A stretch of DNA of 64,000 bases from Balanoglossus misakiensis (GCA_040954595.2 CM082584.2:8447146-8511145); one strand, 5' to 3'. Shown: positions 50,120 through 64,000, numbered from the stretch's first letter. The notes: generated by a model not told the origin, from the sequence alone. Program-made: numbers and translations.

Positions 50120-53100
50120 CATGCATGTGTGTGTATGTGTGTGTGTTCATGTCTGTGTGTACCGGGGGTATGCACATCTGTGTATGTAAACACACGAGAG
50201 CGTTCCCTGAGATACCCGTCCTCAATTGGCATGTACTTACCACCAACATCTGGTCATCCAGGGCCTCGAGCTTTGCACCATTTATGTCCTTGGATTTGAA
50301 TAAATCTGCATAGCGGTAGAGATCGGTGACTGCCATCCAGTTAAGTACTTGTTCCATACTCCACTTACTGACAGGCTGGGGGAAAAAAATACCATGATCA
50401 TCTTGTAAGTTTTCTGACAAGAAACTGATTTCCTTAATGCACACGTGTATTAGACAAGAGTATTAGACAGATCAGACCAACATGCTGGTGGTCACTCATT
50501 TGCTGATTGCCGGACTTAATCCCTCACTTTGATCCAATTATCCCCCCCTGGACGTGGCAAATATGTTGATCGAACGAGTCAATTCTCAGAAAACTCGTGA
50601 ATTCGTGAAAACGTGATTCTCCCAAGTGGCTCCCGCACAAACTAATCAGAAATATAGGCGACAACAATCACGATGACCTCTACACAGCGGAGGGAGTCAC
50701 GACACAGCTTTTCTGACCGGTGCATTGATTCCCACCTGGGGGTCGTCCGCACACGGCACCGCGAGCGCCAAGCGCCACTTACCAAAGATAATTGACAGTA
50801 CTCCGACGTGGTGTTGGGATCGGTGCGAGCACAGCTGTACAAATTGGAGAACGGAGAGCACACATGGTGGAAGCAGCTCTGGCACAGCTCGCATCGTTTT
50901 CCCGCTTTTCCGTAACCCCAAATGTAATCTTCGCCTGTTTTGGAAGGAATGGAGCCAAGAGTCTTCATGTGTACATGGCAGGTGTATTAAAACTGTGCTG
51001 TATTGATGATCAGGGGTAGGGACTACGGTGGGGTGGGGTGGGGGCAAGTTGCAACTGATATTCTTCGGTATTAAAAAAGGGACGATGTCACAGTGCACTA
51101 AATGCTTGATCCAATGAAATGAAGAGACGCTGGTTGCAGTTTTTGCAGGATTCTATGTGTGTGTGTGTGTGTGTGTGTGCGTGCGTGTGTCACTGTGTGC
51201 ATGTGTGTATGTGCTTGCATGCATGTATACATGTTCAACCGATGTTTCTGTATGACGTCTGCCATCTGCCAGGGTACCCAAAGTCTACAGTCATATCAGT
51301 GCGTCAGCCTACGTGCAGAGACTGCGCTGCATTACCCCCGCTGCACAATCAAGATATTGATCCGATGTTAACGACAGAAATATCAATTGTAACCCTAATG
51401 CTTTGAGCAGCGTTCGGTTTCCCCCCTTGGCCTGCGCGGATGACATTCAAAATTGTCAATGTCCAATCGCTGAGAATCTGCGGATTGGAACGATGACAGC
51501 GGTGCGCTTTTCCCGTATCGACGCACGGACGCAAGGGACATTGATTTTCTAAAACCATCAAGATACCTGCCATTGGGTATCCATAAATTTTTAGGCATGC
51601 ATTGATCAACTGGTACCCCCTAATTGAGCCGTTAGTATCATCACCTTCACCTCAATGGAAAATGATTTGAATAAATCCTGCGAACATACACGACACTCAT
51701 AAAATTATTGTTCATTTTGACAATGCTTTATTTCACTATGATGTCACACCATTATAATGACGAGTAATTTAATTAACAGACTGCTACACTATACAGTTGG
51801 TTCACAATTTATTTCAAATTGCTTTAGATCTTACTTGGCAAGTCTTACACTTACAGTACATAGGGCATTATTTAAGTTTAACACACTGCTACGCAACATC
51901 AGCAATTTCAACACAAAACCGATTGTACATCATTAAGAGGGAACGCTACAGCAGCTAAATAAGCAGACAGGTACTCACAGTGTTTACAGAGTTGTGGATT
52001 GGAGAAATAGTTATCCAAGATATTATGTCCCCTTGATGGTGCTGAAAGAGAGCAGAGAAGAAGAAAAGAGGACGATTAAAAATGGCAGAATCATACCCGC
52101 AAATTGTAAATTCGATCTACCTGGATGGAGAAGAAAAAATCAAGACATGGTCAAGTACACACAGACAAGTCTTGGGGTACTTGTGCTCTCACACTTCATT
52201 TAGTCGTCTGATCATGCAGCTGTTACAACTGCCCAAACCGATCATGACCAACTTTTTGCAACCCCGTTTTTATCTGCACCAACTGTTCCAGGTATCGCAA
52301 GACGAGCCCAGACACGACGACTACTTGATGCCGCCAGTGAAGTGTCTGAAGGACAGTCTCCTCCTGCCCTGTCCTCAAATGGACAATGCTTTTTGTGCGC
52401 CGACTCTCATAATCATGCATATTTCATCGGCCACCGGCACGTGTGCGACATGTGAGCGCATGGCGAACAGACGTGTTTCTAAATTTGACTCCAGACACCT
52501 ACATGTATTGACACAAAAGCCATACTTTTCACAGGAAAAACGGTCACGGTAACCCCCTTTTCGGAACAGACTCAGATTTGGAAGAAAACGTGTACATTTA
52601 CCATAGTTGTACATGTAACAGACACACCTCCATATACAAGAAAGACACACAGCTACTTTGACATAAGTCATTACGCAAACTTCCACATAAAGCGTAACAG
52701 ACAGAATCATATGTACGTACGTACCCACTGGTGAAATAGATACCACAAACCTGACAGACTGTGTATCTACATATAACACAGTTAACAGACCCAACTCCGC
52801 ATGTGAAACAAAGACACATGTCTAGTTTGAACATCACTCAACGTGACTTGTACCATCTGGCATACATACGCAATGATGGGAGTTTCAATGAGATCACTCT
52901 TTGTTGTACAGTTTTAAATTTCGGAAACATGTATGCTTATGTAAGCATTCTACATAAAGGTAACTGGTACTTATGACAGCATCTACATGTATCTCCTTAT
53001 TGTAGTGTATGAAATAGTTCCAGAAAATTTTAGAATCATCTTCTTCTTAATTAATCAGGTCATAAAATGAGAAACGCTAACTTCTGATGACATGTAGTCA

Positions 53101-56100
53101 AACACATGATTAATTAATGTGGAGAAGCAATATTCACCCACCTTGTACTTCCATCAGACACATGGTTTTTTGATACTCTTATATTGAAATGCCCTTCAAA
53201 GACGCTGTCTACGGTTTTAAAGGCAGGCCTGCTATTGACTTATTGATTCACACTAATGCACCGCGCGTGTATAGGTCTACAATGATTAGAGGTACTTACA
53301 GCTCAACTGATTCTATAAAAATCGCAGCTAAAGAACTGTCATTGTTGGTGTAGGCTCCATCCTATTAAACTACAGAGTCGTACTATCCAACCACAGAAAA
53401 CCGACTTCAAACTTGTAGGTATTCCTCTTAAGACCACGGTGTTTTTTTTGTGCTAATACTGCAAAAAAAATGATGGCAATTGTGGTACTTTTGACGTCAC
53501 TAACTGTCGCCGTGGTTACAGGCAAGTCACCACAAAAGTTCAGATGGTCGCCACAGCAACCCTAACGGCAGCGGCAAGTTGGCATGAAAAAAAATGAGAA
53601 AATGCACACGTCACCACAGTAGACATCTATCGCCATGGAGACTAACGATATTCAATTATTAAAAGTATGAGATGCTGGACGGCCGCGTCTTTTACGTTGA
53701 ATGAACGGGATCATAATTCAGGCCAGTTCTTTGTTGCGATTCCCCAAACCCTGGATGCAAGTTTCAACATATAACATCACGGGGAAGGTGAACTTATCTG
53801 GCTGAGATTATACAATGCCATTATTAACAAGGAGTAGCCCAGACATAATTATGAGCAAAAAAAACAACCAAAATGTCGTGCAACCCCGAATTCAGTTTCC
53901 AGGAATTGCATCCCAAAGGTGCAGTTAAAGAATCCTTGTAATCTCATGTTCCTGTTAGTGTTATTGTTTATTACCATCACATTACATTTTCGGTCTAATT
54001 TTATCAGCCTGAGCCAATTTAAGGACTTTTCTCGTTCAATTTCAGACAATTTACCTGATGGGTCGGTAGCTGTTGCTATCGTTACGTGCAAACTCTTTAA
54101 TTAAGCTCTACTGAGAGCAATTACAGTAAACACACACGAGTGAAAGGTTCATCATTTTGTCACCAAATGAATTGATGCTGAGTGTTGAGAGAAATTGGTC
54201 AGTCTGTCCTGCCACACAATACAATAATTCTGCACACTGACCACCACAGTGTTCCTGCCAAACATCACAAGTCACAAAATTTATGCAAATGCACACAGCA
54301 CATGTACCGAGTTATAAGCACTTTTCTACGTGCAGTGTTGTTCACAATGCCTTCTCACAAATTCACGCCAGGAATGTTTTCTCATCCAACTAGTTAGCAT
54401 GAACTGCGAGGGAGGTGGGGGGTTTGATTGTCAGAAAGAAATTCATTATCCCAACATCCGCAATTTAAAAGCAATTTATAGATAATTTTTTTTATTTTTA
54501 AAAAAGAACTGAATAAACAAAACTATTTGCAGTACCATGGGGCTATTTTTCCACAAATTATTCATCATGGACGTAGTAACAACAGGTTTTATAAATGACT
54601 TTTTGAAGGCGACTTCCTCAATTGTCTGTGTTGCTCACCTAAAAATGGATACACAAGGTCTTATGATGAACAGCATTTATCTTTTTACTTTCTATGGATA
54701 AAAGCAATTGATTATCTCTCTCAAATCAGACACAGTTACCATACAATTTATCTTACTTATATAAATTTACTTTCATTCGACTGAGCCATGTGCACAAGTT
54801 GGTGAAAATGCCCAGGAAGGGACATCTGCACATACATCTTTTAACAGATGGTTTCTTCCTCCGGCTAATACTCATAAATTCATAATCATATGTGGGGCAC
54901 AGCGACCCCGGCATTTCTGCACGTGTTGTTAGGAACATGCCACAAACACTCCATGCATGCAAATTTCCATCAAGAGATCCTGCAGGAAGAGATTACACAC
55001 TCTTGTTTGAAACTGACTCTTCACTTCCCAGCTGACATAACCATTTTCCATGGCTTTTATATTCGACCAGCTTCAATAACACGTTCTTTTGAATTTCACA
55101 ATATCATTTGGGGAGGGCAATTTGTTTGAAAACGTAAACTGACACACTCGGTTTTGATTCACGCATTATTCGATGAGGAGATTTCATTTCCTTTGCCCTC
55201 CACTCAATTTACTGCAGAGTTGAGTACACTTTAATCAACAAACACTCGTGTCATAGTCATTTTTCATTTTTTTGGGGGGAATGAAAGCTTGTCCTCCACC
55301 TATATATGAAATCTGCTGGATTGTTTTTACTCTTCACTTTCTTATTCTATTCAGTGGAGCTTAATTCCCCATGGATCTTAATATCATTATATTACAAGCT
55401 CGCATTTGTGTGGTTTCCTGTGATAGCAATCGCATCTTGCGGACTGATGATGAATTCTGGGCACACGTACCCCCTCTTCACGGCTGCTCGCCGTTCCATC
55501 CATCATACGAAGGCAATCGCCGAGATAAATCATTAGCAAGAGATGCAGTGCCTTTGGATGCATCTGATGGAGCTGTGATGTCAGCGTTGCTAGGCAACCC
55601 TGCATCATTTCTATGTCATGGGTAGATGTGACCTTTTACATTTTTTTTTTTTTTGCGTGTGTGACTGTGAGTGTGTGTGCGGTTAGCAGTCATTTCGACC
55701 GTTCCTTGAGAGGTCTCTCCCCCGACCTTGACCGCACGTTTACCTCACAAACCGATGAAGTCGAAACTCTTAATCCGATTTCGATGACGGGGATCGAATT
55801 ATATTTTCCGAAGGTGTGGTGGGATGCACGTTTCCACGTACAGTGCAGCTTAGGAATAGCTTTCCAACTGCACCAACACTGGGTCAGCTCTGTTTAAACA
55901 CTGGGTCAACTCTGGGTTGGCACCCTATTGGCGCTCTAATTAGCACCTATTGGGCTTGTGTTTAACTGGGGTGTTCCAAAACAATAGGGTGCACCAAGGT
56001 GCTAACACTGAACAATGCCAAGTGCCAGGGCCAACAGATTCACACCTTTGTAACACTTGGAACACACAGGCTAACACTGTGTGCCAAAACAATAGGGTGC

Positions 56101-59100
56101 GCCAAGGTTTAACACCTTTGTAGCACATGCTGACACTGAACAATGCCAAGTGCCAGGGCCAACAGATTCACACCTTTGTAACACTTGGAACACACAGGCT
56201 AACACTGTGTTGGCTCATTATAAACACCGTGTCAGCAAGTTGTTAGCAAATTGGAAAGCTATTCCTAAGCTGCACTGTAGCTTACAGGCTTTTCAATTAT
56301 TTGGAAGCACAGTTTAAAATTTCTTTTAAGTTAACAACACCACTGGTGGACCAACTCCTCAATTCTAAGCTTACGGAAATCCATTACCCTCCCTCGATGA
56401 AGGACTAGGCTTACGGGTGTAAACCCGATTCTTATCCTATAAACCTGACAAGATCAAGAGTGATGTACCCGGGCGCCATGCCACCCCCTGCGGCAGAAAC
56501 TCTACCTGCAAAAGGACATGGTATCCCAAGTTGAAATCTTGGTAGCTGGGGAGCTCTATTACACGCAGCACAAATTTTCTGTAACGAAAACTTGTGTGCA
56601 TTTAGGCACACAGACACTCTGGCTCAGTTTACAGTTGAAATGAAATTGTCTTGTCTTGCGTCACGAATGTTCATTCAGGCATCACTGTTGCGTCAATGCA
56701 AGATTTTTTTTCCTCAAACAAGACACATATACTGGGGAAATTCACCATGTTTTGATAGAGGAAGGAAAATTCCACTTGCTATCAAAGGTGTACTAACACA
56801 CTGTGCTCTTAGTTGTTGTACATCATGTACGCTGAGCTAAAAACCAAATATAACAATGCAGGATGACCATATGGCAATTTCCAGGAAATTCATCATGAAT
56901 GGCATCACATGCATTTCAAACGTGCACAACGTGTCACCGTAGTAACTAGTTGATAACCTTACAGGTACAGTCGGACATACTTCCTTTCCCTAGTTGACTG
57001 TGAACTTGAGCGTCATCCCCATGGGTGACGCCCGACGATCACAGGATGTTCGCAATGCCAAGCCTATGTAGGGTGAGTGGTCAAGCATGGACTAGACTGT
57101 CATTGTCACTAACACAATGGATATAGCGCCCTCTTACAAGCAAAATTTGCAACAGCTTTTATGTAACTATACTACTTTCATGGGAAATTACTAGGCCTGT
57201 GCCCAAGTATAGTGTCCTGATGTGGACAGTGCAAAACACTTGTCTTGTGAGTGTCATTTACATCTGAGCACAATTTTGAATACGCCAATATGCAAATCAA
57301 TCACATGACTGAATCTGACCAATCTGGAAAACTTCCGGATAATCCACAGCTTGCAGAATCAGGCAAATTACTGTAAAGTTCACTGAATGTCAAAGTAAAT
57401 GCTAAAGCGAGTTTCGCAGAAAATACACGATCAACCGTGTAATCTTTTCTACGTATTGTTGCATAAACCGTCAAGCACAGCTGTGCTGTGATTGGTTCAA
57501 CACATGTGCATAAGGTGGCCGGCAGCAGATAATTTTTGACTTCACCATCTTGCAACGTCCCAAAGTGCTGCCAAGAAACACAATCTAGCAGTTTCACAAA
57601 TGATCTCATTTGCTACGAGATGCCAAAATTCTGCATGTTAAAATTTAATGCCACCCACTTCAGTATAAAATCTATGGGGCCTTTAGGCCTGGCGTTTGAT
57701 AATCTCATTGCTAAATTATTTAAGATATACATTTCCTGCATCTGCCTTCAAAGGTTGTGTCTATGATAATTATCTATTTTTCGACTTGCTTTTTTTCCCT
57801 TCCTTTATTTTCTGATTTGGGGGACATGGACAGTCTTACTGACATATTTCGGTTTATATTTTCACTTTTGGTACCATGGTAACAACTTCTGTGTTACGGA
57901 TAACAGTAAAAGCGATTCATGGTACAGTGATCAGAATTGCACACACTACAGTGTCAATTTTATATGTATCAGACTAGATTTCCTGATAACTTACTCAAAT
58001 CTTGATTTGGAATAATAAAATAAATGCTTCTATGAGTAAGAACTCATCTGGAAACCAGTTGATAACCGGGACAAAAATTACACACAATGGTATACTCTGT
58101 CCTTGCACCATCATAGAAACCACAATGCTAGTAGTGTGTGTCAGCTGCCATCTACTTAGATAACAACTCCATGATGATAGCTACAGGTGTACAATTCACA
58201 CTGAAAATCGCTTCAATTATTAATTTCCAGGTGTTCACTCTTCACAGTGCAGATTGATACAGTTGACAAGGTTTGCTTTGGTAAAGAGTAATTTCAACTC
58301 CAGCTCAAACCTTACGATTTTTCAATTTTGGTAAAATTAAACACTGGATAAAGTCCCCGCCAAGATTTATTACAGGCTGGACATCACAAAGTCAATGACA
58401 CATCAACCGTTATTGACTTTGCACTTGAATTTTTAGGGAGGTGTCTTAATTGCAATGTTGGAGGGCTTTCACAAGAGGTCACGGGTCACTTGCAGTGGTT
58501 GCGAGACCCCCCTTGTCAGAGGGTTTTACATGCAGGCCAATGAACTCCACAAGGACGTAAGATGTTAATCAAGTTATGATTTAGGACTGCAGCTAAAAAA
58601 GGTTTACATGGACCTTAAACAATGTAATATATGTGACAGCTCTTAACACGAAACTTCGAGATTAGGCATATTAATAGACTCGCATCTGGTGATTTATACA
58701 TTTGCATAATAACTCAATGTTCACGATATTTCATCCTTGCCCTCTGCCCACGTTTCAAAGAAAATCTTGCGCCGGGTGTTCTGTTGCAATGAAAGTGATA
58801 ATGGGTATTTTCACTGTCTATGCCGCCTGATGTTATGTCAGTGACCACAAAAGATGGCTTGGCAATAAAATGACATGTACGTGGTTAATTATATCATTCC
58901 AAGAAATTACCTAGTAAATTACGTGGCACCACCGTTAATTAAACCAAAGGGATAGATCTTATAACAAAAGGGATCTGTTGGAGGTGCTGGTAAGTTGGAG
59001 GGTACTGTGAAGAGTCTCAGGCCATTGAACTGTGCAAGGCCACCAAGACACAGGGTTTGCCTACAAGCTGCAGGCACGCACCCATAAAATGCAGTGTGTG

Positions 59101-62100
59101 CGACGCGACCGACTCAGCCGAACTTTAGACGATGCACGTATTTATAGAAATGCACAGTGATTTACGCATTCATAACTCTTCATAGTACATGTACGTGTGT
59201 CTTCTGCTCAACCTCCGCTTGGCATCAGAGTTTTAAATCAATTTTCCAAGTCTGATGAGCGTGGGGATATTTAAGTGAGAGGGATAAAAGGTACAGGGAA
59301 AAATATGGCAAAATTTTGAAAGTATTTCCATATTTTCGAAGTCATGGTTATAGACGAAGTCCAGGGGGATCTTTATGTTCATTGCTCTAGAAACACACTT
59401 GCCTTTAGAAAATATGCTAAACAAATTCCATAATTGACAGAAATCCTAAATAAAACTTGCATTTGTACACAGTACCAGCAAATGCCGAGCATGTTAATAT
59501 TTTCACATTTCAACATTTGCAGTGTTTGCCACAATGTTCATATTGTTAATAACCACCTGTGCACAACCAATATTTGTGCGGGCAAAGTCCAAAGTTATTT
59601 TTATAATCTCTGACGACAAGAATCCACTTGTGAACATTTTTGCAAATAAAAAATTGTCAGTGTACACGTAATTTGTTGCCATCCCATAAAATGATGCCCA
59701 GGTCAGGCAAATCGCAGTCAGATGCTCCAGTAGAATAGTGAGAGGTGCAGAAACTAAATGCTCTCATTGTATATATACGATTGCATAATTTGATACTCTG
59801 CAAACCTTGAAATGTGACAAGTCTTTTCAAAACTGCACACAAAGTTCCCTGAGGCCAATTAAATCTCAGTCAACATTATGATTTTTCTGAATACCCTATT
59901 CTCATATTTAAAAATATAATTACCCTGCTCGAAAGAGATATCATTTTTGCAACCCTTTGATACGACATTTTTGAAGGTCATCCGGGAAATATTTTGCGGC
60001 AAAATAGGGAATCAGGGAGCACCTGTGCTGGCCAAGAAAAAGGATATTGATTTTTGGAATGGCGTGTTTTGACCACCTCAGTTGCTGATAAATTTCCTTG
60101 GGAAAAGCACAGAATTTGTAATAGAACGCACAATATCAAGTTTTCATGCATTTTATGGTTCACTATGTTGCTTTCTCTGTGAAATTGACGACATAGCTCT
60201 TCTTAATACATATGTATTTGCAAAATGACTATCTCAGCATTAACCCTCTCAGACCAGCATTATGGGTAATTTCACATACTGTGTGCTGCTGAACACAATT
60301 TGATACTAGTCACTAGCATCTATTGTCAATAGACAACAAAAAATGTGAAAAGAGATATTTTTGCTGGTTGTTATTTCCTAGAACTGGAAGATGTTCTGAG
60401 AAAACTTGGCCGCATGCTATCATCCACACACACTGGTGTCTATTTTCTGTATTATAATTGAAAGCTGACATGAAAATTCACCGCAAAAAATTGTAAAATA
60501 TGGTGCTGTCGACGAAGGATAGCTGCAACAAAGAATGACCTAATTTCGTGCACATTAACGCTCAAAGTACAGATGACCTATTTTTAATTATTTCTCCCTG
60601 AGAGATAATAATCCCCTCTTAAATTACTGTAAAAATCCAGAAACCCAACACCCCATTTAAGATTTTCAAATTTCAACATATCTCATCTCTCCCCCAGCAT
60701 TTTGCTCTTTGGAGGCCGTCCATAATCTGCCGGACAAATAAGTTACACATGTGTGGAGGCAGCTTATTGCCATTGTGATGTAATCGGTCCGCTAGTTCGA
60801 TGATAAAATGCAAGTCAGGGGTTTTCGTTTACCATCCAGGGGTCTGCCTTGAGGTCCCTGGTGAACTCATTTCAGCCTCATTAATTTACGATCTAAAAAA
60901 AAATTGATCATGATGTATGAGATAGTCAATTTGAAAATGAAAATGAAAAAAAAACGTAGCTAATTACCCACAATATACTTAACAGAACAGTAATTACATG
61001 TTATTGGAAGATCAAATGATACCCTTGCATATTAAAGGGACACAGTCGCTCGATATCCCTCTTTGCTTTGGGTATTTTAGTTCCTTTTCATGGATTATTC
61101 ATGTTCTGCTTGCTAAAACATGCTCAATCACAGGTTGACACATCTCACCCATTGTATGAATATTACCATCAGTTAATTTTTCAATTTTTTTTGGCCAGGA
61201 CAAAAAGTGTGTCATACAAACACTCACACATTATGACCATACAGATGTGAGTTGAATTGTAACAACTGCTAGCAAGCATATTTCAGTGAGAACAACACAA
61301 ACAGTCAAAAGAAACTAATTAAAATTACAACAATAACACCAAAAGTGAACGATTTTTGTTTCATTTTTATTTCTGGATGTAGCCAATGATATTGGATGAA
61401 ATTACTCTGTACACTATGCATTAATATCAGTCTCGGGCCTATTCCTAGCACTAGAAAAATTCATGTAATAATACAGTAAGACTACAAACCCCTGCCAACG
61501 AATCAATGGGGGGGGGGGGGGGAGATTTCATTTGCAGATGACACAATTCCAGATTTCAATGATTCAACAAAAAAGAAATGGCGTGAATTCAGACACAGGA
61601 TTGCTGTCAGTGACACAACCCGATATTTTATTCTGTACTTTTTTTATTACCGAGTGACTATCTTGAACTCCTGCAGCATAATGATAATGTCTCTATTACA
61701 GCACATCAACTTCGATCTAAATTTCTTCACACAGCAAAGAATTTGTCAAGCCGTTCTATCTGGATGCATTATCTTATATAGACCAGAAATAAACGATGAA
61801 ATATACGAGGTCTGGTGATCGTATGGTACACGGTTCATCAAATCAGAGGTAGGGGTGATATAAAATACACTTTACATATCTCCATCAATACAGGCAAGCA
61901 GAAGTGAACACTGCCCACCCCTGCTACAACGCTTATGGTTTTGGCCATTGTAACAATGGAAGGGCAGAGAGAAAAAAATGAAAATCCTTTTATGAATTGC
62001 CTTTGAATAAGAGCCGCGTCTTTCATGTGAAACGGGGTTTATAATTGAAATGGACAGGGTCTTCCAAAGCAAATTGATGAATAAGACAGTGTATATAATA

Positions 62101-63418
62101 ACAGATATTCGTGAGATTTTAGCTGGAATTTGCATAGTAGCACTACAATTGTAGGTCAACACACTGTATAACAGATTAGTATATGCAGTATAAACTGACC
62201 CAAATTCATTTTGATTATCACATTAAAAATCTAAAAAATTGTGATGTTAAACGCAGAAGAGAAAAAGGATACTGAAAATAACATTTTTCATTCTGAGCTG
62301 ACAATTTTCACAGCAAATTGACATTTATTCACCCGAGGTAATTTGAACCTTTTATCTGGTGTCCATGTAAGTCTTCCCTTCAAGGAAAGGCAGAACGCAG
62401 TCAATGCATTTTGCTTAAAGGGCCACTCGCCGAAGAGCAGAGGATGAAAATACACGAATCCATTCACGTCTAGTAGAAAACCCTCACGGCACTATGACGT
62501 TGATTAAAACTGCGAGTGATTCGTGCCAATATGGCTTTTGGAGTTTTTTTACCTCCCCGTGAAAATAGTGAGTTGTCAATGTAACTTGCGTCATGTCAGG
62601 CTTGCTCAAGAAGACAAATGGATGATTTCGACTACATGTTCTCTCCATCACCCCACAGCCACAGGAGACAAAAAAACCTGCCAGTGATTTCCTGCTTTGT
62701 TGCTCACACTCCAGTATTTACCTTGAAAATAGTACAATGTATACAGATTACATGCTCTAAGGTACGGTGCACCTATTTCAGGTCTTGTACTGTCCTTGAG
62801 GGGTTCACACAAAAAGACCCTTTTATATACAGAGTATTTTTTTTCCACATGCAGGCGTAATTTTCTGAATAACTATAATTTTCAGATGTGTACGAATTCG
62901 CCTGGAACACATCGCAATGTCCCCACAATCTCGAATAATCTGATACTTTTACAATAGCCTGAGAAATTTTCCCCGCACAGACAGTTGCAGCGTATAACAA
63001 AGTTTTACTCGTATCATAAAATGGACTTTTAAGGGCCAACTCGGCGCAGAGCCATAATGGCTCTTTCAAAGAGCTCCCCGCTTTGAAATCATGGAGATCA
63101 TTACGCACTGTGCCGTGGCTCATATATACGTCACCGCAGCGATGCTCACCCAGTTGAAATTTGCAGCAAATGCTGTCTCCACTTTGTCATATTACGCAGT
63201 CCAGGTCATCCACAATTGAACATTACACAACCTAGATGAAATAACCCCCACTGTATTGAACGATGATATGCACATCAATACAAGAACCTAGCAAGAGAGA
63301 GCAAGAGAGAGTTCTCAAATGTCCAAATTGGACGCGATATTTTCTGCCGTGGCTTACCGTAGGACTGGATGACAGGCATGATTGGCTTCCCAAACTGCTG
63401 CGGCCGGAGCTTGATCAT
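39602..63418 (-). CDS. PIK3R1: PI3K class IA regulatory subunit (p85/PIK3R1-3 co-ortholog) with C1-SAM-C1-RhoGAP-SH2-iSH2-SH2 architecture
   Basis: Exons include a candidate first exon 63418-63358 (phase 1), 52041-51979 + ~50934-50781 (C1), ~50375-50240 + ~48898-48774 (SAM), ~48487-48371 + ~47578-47479 (C1), 45179-44871 + ~44552-44351 (RhoGAP), ~43587-43493 ([17 protein letters not shown]), ~42908-42811 and ~42531-42348 (nSH2), ~41801-41570, ~41071-40895, ~40716-40644 (iSH2), and ~40474-40307 + ~39818-39602 (cSH2: [36 protein letters not shown]). Further 5' exons (e.g. SH3) may lie beyond the window. Confidence 0.93.
50060..50160 (+). repeat. Compound (GT)n/(GC)/(ATGC) microsatellite
   Basis: Runs of gtgtgt interrupted by gcat/gcgt. 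Similar tracts occur at ~16860-16880, ~46810-46835 and ~51156-51210. Confidence 0.9.
55841..56277. mobile_element. Tc1/mariner-type MITE with internal duplication, in a PIK3R intron
   Basis: TA on both sides (55839-40, 56278-79). 27-bp perfect TIRs cagtgcagcttaggaatagctttccaa / ttggaaagctattcctaagctgcactg. An internal segment of about 78 bp is repeated at ~56005-56082 and ~56133-56210. Confidence 0.88.
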
Positions 63419-64000
63419 CACAACTGCCAGCGCTCTCTCTCCTAATCACACAATTTCACCCATTACCAAGCTTCAATTTTTTTGTCTCTCTTCAGTTCTC
63501 TTCGATTTGCGCGGAAACTACCGTCGGACGAGAGAAACCAGGCCCTGACGTGGTGGTGATGATGATGAGGCAGGCTGCTTCAATACAGATCTACAGCTGG
63601 AAGCTCCGTGTCAATTGGACCCTTTAGACTACCAATCCGGCATCACTTCCCAGGGGCCCCCTAGCTCGGCGTGAATTCTCATTTGCCAGACCCCAGAAAT
63701 AACTTTGACAGGGATATGGGCTATTATCTCCGATTTGCATAATACCGTTCCGTCTGACACATATAGCGCACACAAGGCTCACAGCAAGTTTAATTTTTAT
63801 TTTAATCAGCACTGCTCCCAAAGCTCTAGTCAGCGCAGTTCTTAAATAAAAGGCAAAAATTTGATGAAACTATCGTGCAAAGAACATTGTCATACAAGGG
63901 AACCATTTTTGAGGGTAGAAGTAGCAAGTATTTATCAAACAAAACAAAAATTACATAAAATGTACCACATCCCACAGTAACAACACTTCAACAGTCAATC

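Noticed and set aside
49937-50313. His-Thr and Cys-Val repeat ORFs resembling metal-binding peptides
   Set aside because: Translations of the (GT)n/(CA)n microsatellite.
52082-52794. Cluster of 65-156 aa ORFs in a PIK3R intron (possible nested gene)
   Set aside because: No recognisable motifs and no consistent splice-phase model could be built.
1-64000. Prokaryotic systems (CRISPR arrays, operons, defence islands), rRNA or tRNA genes
   Set aside because: The sequence is spliceosomal-intron-rich animal DNA. I found no regularly spaced repeat-spacer array and no recognisable rRNA or tRNA cloverleaf.

Overview
Eukaryotic, intron-rich (GT-AG) animal DNA. It is probably from a marine invertebrate deuterostome such as a hemichordate (an inference from gene content and structure). 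I hand-assembled eight gene models and one edge fragment with phase-consistent splice sites. Conserved genes: ALG14 (+), an ATG4C/D protease (-), meiotic MSH4 (+) and a large PI3K class IA regulatory subunit p85/PIK3R (-). Between ATG4 and MSH4 lies a block of five unusual genes. (1) An orphan type-I membrane protein with a TRAF-binding-like tail. (2) A RING-less coiled-coil+MATH TRAF. (3) An LDLa + polycystin-type GAIN/GPS protein that stops 11 residues after its autoproteolysis site and has no membrane domain. (4) A PH-like/acidic protein with FFAT-like motifs. (5) An intact THAP + PIF/Harbinger-ISL2EU-type transposase gene with a substituted catalytic Asp, head-to-head with MSH4. Several non-autonomous DNA transposons (TIR/TSD visible) and microsatellites occur in introns and UTRs. 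I found no CRISPR, rRNA or recognisable tRNA. All exon models are manual and need RNA-seq confirmation.
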